NCBI GenBank assembly: GCA_963666285.1
Contig: OY762711.1
Length of the DNA stretch: 64,000 nt
DNA from: Sedimentisphaerales bacterium
GTDB lineage: Bacteria > Planctomycetota > Phycisphaerae > Sedimentisphaerales > SM23-30
Direction: 5' to 3' (one strand)
The position numbers and the translations under genes are program-made. The notes beneath the pieces were generated by a model, which was not told the DNA's origin, made no database searches, and was given only the letters and a program-made list of their open reading frames with translations. The stretch's first letter is position 1; each line of letters opens with the position of its first letter. Positions 59,701-64,000 of the stretch are shown here, one piece after another.

Positions 59701-61754
59701 TGCTTCTTTCTTCTATTCATAATAATGAGTCCTTATATCTAACGTTACTGCGGTCTCTGCAAAATATGCAGGATATTACTGCTCTTGCTCAAAGGCAGGA
59801 GGCATACCAGGATATTATGAGACAGATTTTTGATGTCGCTTTGAAAGAGCTTCCTGATAGTCTGGCTATTATGAGTAATTATGAGATGTTCCTGCGTGCT
59901 ACCGGTCAGTCTGGTAAGGGAATGGAAATGCTCAAAGAGCAAGTTGCCACTGCGGATGAATCGGAAAGGGTTGATGCTGTTTTGGCTCTGGCCAGGTTGT
60001 ATTACATTGATAAGGAAATGGAAAAGGCAGTTAGCTTGCTCACTGAGCAAATTGCTAAGTGTGAGAACCTGGACCTCAAACTTAATTTGAGAATTATGCT
60101 GGCCGATGTGTACAAGGGAATCGGTGATTTTGATAATGCCATAAAAGTTTATGAACAGCAGCGCATGGAAAAAGATTCTGATAGGATAATGACCATGCAA
60201 ATCGAAACAATGATGGATAGCGGATACGCCGATAAGGCAGAACCATTGTTGGATGAAATGGAAAAGAATTACCCTGATGACTATAAGGTATATTTGCTTA
60301 GGGCAAAAAATGCTATTCGCCAGGCTGATTACGAAACCGCTGTCCAATATGCTGATAAAGCGTTAGTAATTTCTCCGGATAATACTATTGGTCTCGGACT
60401 AAAATCACAGGCTTTGTTTCTTGATAATAAATATACCGAGGCCAAAGATGTTGTAGACAAACTTCGCAGGGTTTCCAGCGATAATCCTAATCAGGGACGG
60501 GCTCTGCTTGCCCAGATTTACTGGGGGAATAACCAGTATGATGAAGCTATCCTGGAGCTTCGAAAAGGTATTGAAATCGAGCCCGGCAATGCCCAGCTAA
60601 ATCAGCTTCTTCTTGATATGCTCAGAAGTCGCAGAGAATGGAATGACCTTGTTGGATACTATCAGGGTCGGATCAAAATGTACCCGCAAAATATTGCCCT
60701 ATACTCGGATTGTGCCAAAAGCATAGATGAGTGGGCAAGTGAGCTTATTGCCGGCGGTAATTCCGGTTTGGCTAATGAAAAACTTAAGATTGCTCTAAGT
60801 TTGCTCAATACGGCTATACAGGTCTCGCAGGAGACTAAACAGCCTACTGCCGGTTTAATCGATAGCAAAGCGGCAGTATTTCTGAGGATGGGAATGAATG
60901 AGGAAGCTGTCAGTCTTCTGGAGGCTAATCTTGAATTAGTTGACGCTATGCCTGTTACGGCATTGAAGTATGTTGAGGCTTTATATAAACTTGACCGAAA
61001 ACAGAAGGCTTTTGATATATTTGAAGCGATTCTGTCTAAAATCGGTGATGCGGTTACAGCTGAGTATGTTGTAGAAAAAATTGTCAGGGTGATATCTTCG
61101 GATGAAATGATCAGCTGGGTAGATTCTAAATTTGAAAATAGTAACAATAAGGGACTTATGTATCTGATAAAAGCCCTGGCTTATAGGGTTAATGGTGACA
61201 CGGAACAGTTTGTTGCTCAAATCAAACTGGCATTGGAGCAGGCAGGGGATGGTACGCCTGTTCAAATCCTGGCTAAGTCAAAATTAGCTATGTCCTTTAT
61301 TCAAAGTGAGCAGTACGATAAGGCTATTGTTCTTTATCGTGAACTTACTGAAAAAGTTCCTGGTAGTATGTATATGTTAAACAATCTGGCCTATGCTTTA
61401 TTGTCGAAGGGCGGCAATGAAAAAGAAGCCCTTGAGGTCGCTACTCGTGCTTACGAAATGGCTCGATTGGAACCTATGGTGCTCGATACCTACGGTATGG
61501 CACTGCGACAGAACAAAAAGTACAATCAGGCATACCAGGTATTCAAAAAAGCTATTCAGGAAGCCGGGCGAAGAAACCAGGTTGTACCGCTCGAATTCGA
61601 GTTTCATCTGGCTCAGGTCATGAAAGATCTGGAACTGGTTGATGATGCGAGTGAAAGCCTCGAAGATCTACTGCATAGAGCCGAACAATCAAAATTGTCA
61701 GCAGATAGAATGCTGATTGATGATATTAAGGCTTTACTCGATGAATTGAAATAA
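56766..61754 (+). CDS. Large membrane-anchored tetratricopeptide-repeat protein (PrsT-like position in exosortase/EPS locus)
   Basis: MARKKKRK + TM anchor; numerous TPR helices (A...P.N); C-terminal LNNLAY..DTYG; GGAG RBS before ATG 56766. Confidence 0.85.
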   Translation: MARKKKRKVNSKLITILIFLAIPILFILIVAVDSKKPILPRFIHELLGRDPVVLLEQAEKQLTELKDHYKNIKAENRLIADPKEAAEKWEQVFEDDYAPHAMKVYDLIVDGKRFSKGDTELQIHAQELTAQFHLITGTYIGGALGAWDAIIKLNINNYEAWENKADFYAEVVQNYQDSSSIEKLRESVNNLIEIKPEEPKGHCLALMADIYNLRYDFSSNVLADESAVVAKLTELKEKYPDNVRLAKCAALLYDFQARETDSFERKRSLMDKAGQELKAAMEANPENVEAAVNYCKYYLDGLKNVIHSELVKAGNEIVRERLTKELVEFNDSAKGEFAACLLKYPDNAELKTIYADCLLTMPGTDYDEPVKLYKQAVELDPDNLINVTVLGKLVYITGVVNNSGNDFYEEARVYLRKAYYGFNDSYKRGVLGSRIISSRYAVTMPYLALVDSRLADSVDDAKSELQDMLTVYREDKGKDVAITRSIEGLIDIADNNPDQAMQKLYTAVSDSEISSISPIYAAELRWMLFELLKDTQYKLIAINNAAIAYKALPRPASDFAELLDTYLAVPDRTHKFVLVGIIENYRNTYSDNQERLNSTNLQYVQALLAVGEVDKAREVLGTVEDKGLTYDVLKCQVISDEQERLQAIEELAGKYPDEPDVVSYVNSIYFSKIKDDKTYLDKAKALIARAVAANPDNFNFLMYQKRLEEPDPQNVTFARQLEIQKEAIESLKDPYQQAMMFGRYYKTVAAVDNVSNEQDLTQDTNQKAVESFEKASEIKQDSVEPLNAMLATYMSLGEFDKAEEIIDRINAIDSSFAEFASIDLIVARGNNEEAIEKLQDYLDKNPLSAKGHLVLAKVYLNLKRTAEAKAELAVSLSQDRFDPEAIAEYLRVLHEDNLAIGMDKIGESKVEETLSWAERLLSLDSNNIIGARYFVIYAPLWLSYQDQQLQAPNLDAEARQRYLDKIAGIESMAMRNVNLLLSSIHNNESLYLTLLRSLQNMQDITALAQRQEAYQDIMRQIFDVALKELPDSLAIMSNYEMFLRATGQSGKGMEMLKEQVATADESERVDAVLALARLYYIDKEMEKAVSLLTEQIAKCENLDLKLNLRIMLADVYKGIGDFDNAIKVYEQQRMEKDSDRIMTMQIETMMDSGYADKAEPLLDEMEKNYPDDYKVYLLRAKNAIRQADYETAVQYADKALVISPDNTIGLGLKSQALFLDNKYTEAKDVVDKLRRVSSDNPNQGRALLAQIYWGNNQYDEAILELRKGIEIEPGNAQLNQLLLDMLRSRREWNDLVGYYQGRIKMYPQNIALYSDCAKSIDEWASELIAGGNSGLANEKLKIALSLLNTAIQVSQETKQPTAGLIDSKAAVFLRMGMNEEAVSLLEANLELVDAMPVTALKYVEALYKLDRKQKAFDIFEAILSKIGDAVTAEYVVEKIVRVISSDEMISWVDSKFENSNNKGLMYLIKALAYRVNGDTEQFVAQIKLALEQAGDGTPVQILAKSKLAMSFIQSEQYDKAIVLYRELTEKVPGSMYMLNNLAYALLSKGGNEKEALEVATRAYEMARLEPMVLDTYGMALRQNKKYNQAYQVFKKAIQEAGRRNQVVPLEFEFHLAQVMKDLELVDDASESLEDLLHRAEQSKLSADRMLIDDIKALLDELK

Positions 61755-61826
61755 GTATTTGTGTTATTTTGCTGACAATTAATAATCAGATTATATAGGT
61801 ATTATTATTTATAAAAAGGAACAGAT

Positions 61827-64000
61827 ATGAGCTCTGAACAAGTAAAACCGGCAACAGCACCTGCACCAGTAAGGCCTCCTATGCCTGTGCCGTCGCAGCA
61901 GACAGCTATTACCCCGGCAGAAATCTTTAGAATTCTGCAAACGCGAATGTGGATGATTATTGGGATAACGATCCTGTTTTGTGTTATTTTTGTCGGATTG
62001 TTTTTTGTTCTTCGCAAAACTTCACCTGAATACACTTCCGAAGCTTATGTGGTATGTAGGATGCCTTCTTCTGTTGGTGCCTGGGGTGTTACCCAGATGC
62101 TTCCACGAAAAGAAATTATCGCTATGGAGACCGCGCAAACAAGTGCAGTGTTAAATAGTGATGCTTTTATCGGTTCGGTTCTTGCCAATAGAAGAAATAT
62201 CCAAAATAGTGATTGGGCTGCCAAGCTGCCTGCTGACAAAAAACAGGCATTAATGAAAAAAAGCTTTTCCGCTTCACCTATTCGCGATACTTCTTATGTT
62301 AAGCTTTCCTTTAGAGCAAGAACTGCCGAAACTGCTCAACTTGTCTTGAACGAGATTCTTGAGCAGTTCAATAGAAATATGGAAACTCAGGCTAACAGTT
62401 CTCTGGATAATACTCTAACTTCTTTGAGAAATAGCGAAACTAACCTGGTTACTAAGTTGAATGATATTAAATCCAGCATGAAAACGCTTGCCGGAGGGGA
62501 CGGTATACCACCGGGATGGCGCGTCGGTGGTTCGACGGTAGTCAATAATGAGATACTGCTTTATAACGAAGAAATGATCAGGTTGAACGCAGTTATCAGC
62601 CAGCTGGAAAAGGAACGTGATCTTTTGCAGCAGCAGCAGCAGGAGACAGGCACTTTGGATCAGGTTGCTATTGCCATGGAATCAGATCCTGTCATTGTTG
62701 GTTTGAAAAACCAGATTATGGCTATGGAACAGGAACTGGCCAGGCTGATGGGAAGTTTTGGTGAAAAGCACCGTGAAGTTACTGAACTTAAGGATAGAAT
62801 AAATGCTGCCGAAAGACAGCTTTCTGCTCATGAAGAAAAACTGAAAGATAGCTATTCCAGTCAGGCTATAAATAATATCCTTAGAGACCTTCAGGTTTAT
62901 AATACTCAGTTGGAAGAGTCTACTCTGGCTTATAATTCTGCTGCTGCCACACAGCGCCAGCTTGATCAGGATGCTATTCTTTATCAGGACCTTATGCGAG
63001 AGGCTGATACTCTCACTCAACAGCTTACCGAGGTCAAAAAGAAAATTGATGAAGTTACGGTACAAAAAAACAGCCAGGATAATATTAAGGCTTATGTTGA
63101 ACAATCTGCAAATATGCCTACGGATATCAGCTTTCCCACGCTGCCCATGTTTGCTATTGGCGGATTTATGCTTGGCTTGATGACCGGCGGTGGACTGGCA
63201 TTCCTGTTCGAGTTGTTAAACGATACTGTACGAACTCCTACTGACGTTCGAAGGTATCTGAATGTCCCGCTTTTGGGGTTGATACCTGAATATGAAGATG
63301 ATGATGTTGACGATCTGGCTAAGATTATGTTGACTCGGCCTACCTGTATTACCAGCGAGTTTATAAGGCAAACCAGGACTAATCTTATGTTCAGCGGGCC
63401 TGCCGAAAATCTGAAAACAATTTTAATTACAAGCTGTCAGGCTGAAAGCGGCAAAACTACTATGGCTTCGTGTCTGGCTATTTCGTTAGCTCAGCAGAAT
63501 AAGAAAGTCTTGTTGATCGATGCCAATTTCTATCGACCGGCTATACATAAGCTTTATCCCGGTGGCAGTCCGGAAGGGTTAAGCAATTATCTTATCGCTC
63601 AAAAAGACATTGCTGATATTGTGCATAAGACCGAAGTTGATAATCTATCTGTTGTTTATAGCGGACCTAAACCGCCTAACCCTACTGGCTTGTTCAGCAA
63701 CGAAAGAATGGCTGAGTTGCTCAGTACTCAACGTGAACTGTATGATTATGTTATTATTGATGGACCGCCTTCTTTGGTGGTTCTTGATGCCAAGGTTATT
63801 AGCTCGCAGGTTGACGGTACTATCCCTGTTGTTCTTGCCGAAGAAGATTCTCGCGGCATGGTAAGCAGAATGATTCGCGAACTAAAACAGATGAAAACAG
63901 AGATTATCGGTGTGCTGCTCAATGGTGTTGTATCCCGTAAAGGCGGATACTTCAAGAAGGCCTTCAAGACTTATCATGATTATGTCGAAGGCAGCGCGAA
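61827..64000 (+). CDS. wzc: Polysaccharide co-polymerase/tyrosine autokinase (Wzc family), partial, runs off the window end (absent from ORF track)
   Basis: AAGGA RBS, ATG 61827 MSSEQVKP..; TM, coiled coil, second TM, Walker A TSCQAESGKTT, LLIDANFYRP, Walker B VIIDGPP, Tyr-containing tail GGYFKKAFKTYHDY. Confidence 0.9.
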   Translation, partial: MSSEQVKPATAPAPVRPPMPVPSQQTAITPAEIFRILQTRMWMIIGITILFCVIFVGLFFVLRKTSPEYTSEAYVVCRMPSSVGAWGVTQMLPRKEIIAMETAQTSAVLNSDAFIGSVLANRRNIQNSDWAAKLPADKKQALMKKSFSASPIRDTSYVKLSFRARTAETAQLVLNEILEQFNRNMETQANSSLDNTLTSLRNSETNLVTKLNDIKSSMKTLAGGDGIPPGWRVGGSTVVNNEILLYNEEMIRLNAVISQLEKERDLLQQQQQETGTLDQVAIAMESDPVIVGLKNQIMAMEQELARLMGSFGEKHREVTELKDRINAAERQLSAHEEKLKDSYSSQAINNILRDLQVYNTQLEESTLAYNSAAATQRQLDQDAILYQDLMREADTLTQQLTEVKKKIDEVTVQKNSQDNIKAYVEQSANMPTDISFPTLPMFAIGGFMLGLMTGGGLAFLFELLNDTVRTPTDVRRYLNVPLLGLIPEYEDDDVDDLAKIMLTRPTCITSEFIRQTRTNLMFSGPAENLKTILITSCQAESGKTTMASCLAISLAQQNKKVLLIDANFYRPAIHKLYPGGSPEGLSNYLIAQKDIADIVHKTEVDNLSVVYSGPKPPNPTGLFSNERMAELLSTQRELYDYVIIDGPPSLVVLDAKVISSQVDGTIPVVLAEEDSRGMVSRMIRELKQMKTEIIGVLLNGVVSRKGGYFKKAFKTYHDYVEGSA

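Noticed and set aside
59745..61147. 200-aa and 161-aa minus-strand ORFs
   Set aside because: Antisense shadows of the TPR gene, like most short ORFs nested in long genes in the track
61805..63967. Several short track ORFs at the right end
   Set aside because: Explained by the long wzc reading frame from 61827, which the track missed because it has no stop in the window

Overview
Bacterial genomic window, most consistent with a planctomycete of the Phycisphaerae/Sedimentisphaerales type. This is an inference from the planctomycete/verrucomicrobial-type ECF sigma + FecR pairs, many acidic secreted proteins ending in dockerin-like Dx[ND]xDxxV[DN]xxD...W[LIV] tags, and a TsaC-LMW-phosphatase fusion next to rpiB. 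The left part (1-26.5 kb) is an accessory glycan/surface-protein region. It holds two ECF-sigma/FecR anti-sigma pairs, each followed by large modular secreted proteins: LamG/Ig proteins, a GDPD phosphodiesterase, a GH78 alpha-L-rhamnosidase whose paralog-derived C-terminal half is separated by a -1 frameshift in a T7 run, and a GLUG-repeat protein. It ends in a 5'-truncated (alpha/alpha)6 glycosidase-like gene and a ~550-bp patchwork of 7-mer/9-mer repeats and palindromes. The right part (27.5-64 kb) has a large acidic secreted protein, rpiB, tsaC-phosphatase, a 2584-aa double metalloprotease (M6 + reprolysin-like) with nested domain insertions, split methionine-synthase-like modules, gyrA, a histidine kinase/HD-GYP pair, small lipoproteins (one unannotated 42-aa ORF), an oppC-like permease, and an EPS/exosortase locus (acetyltransferase; wza, exosortase, epsI, TPR, wzc running off the end). 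No rRNA, tRNA, CRISPR array or intact transposase was recognised. All family calls are by-eye motif recognition; no searches were run.
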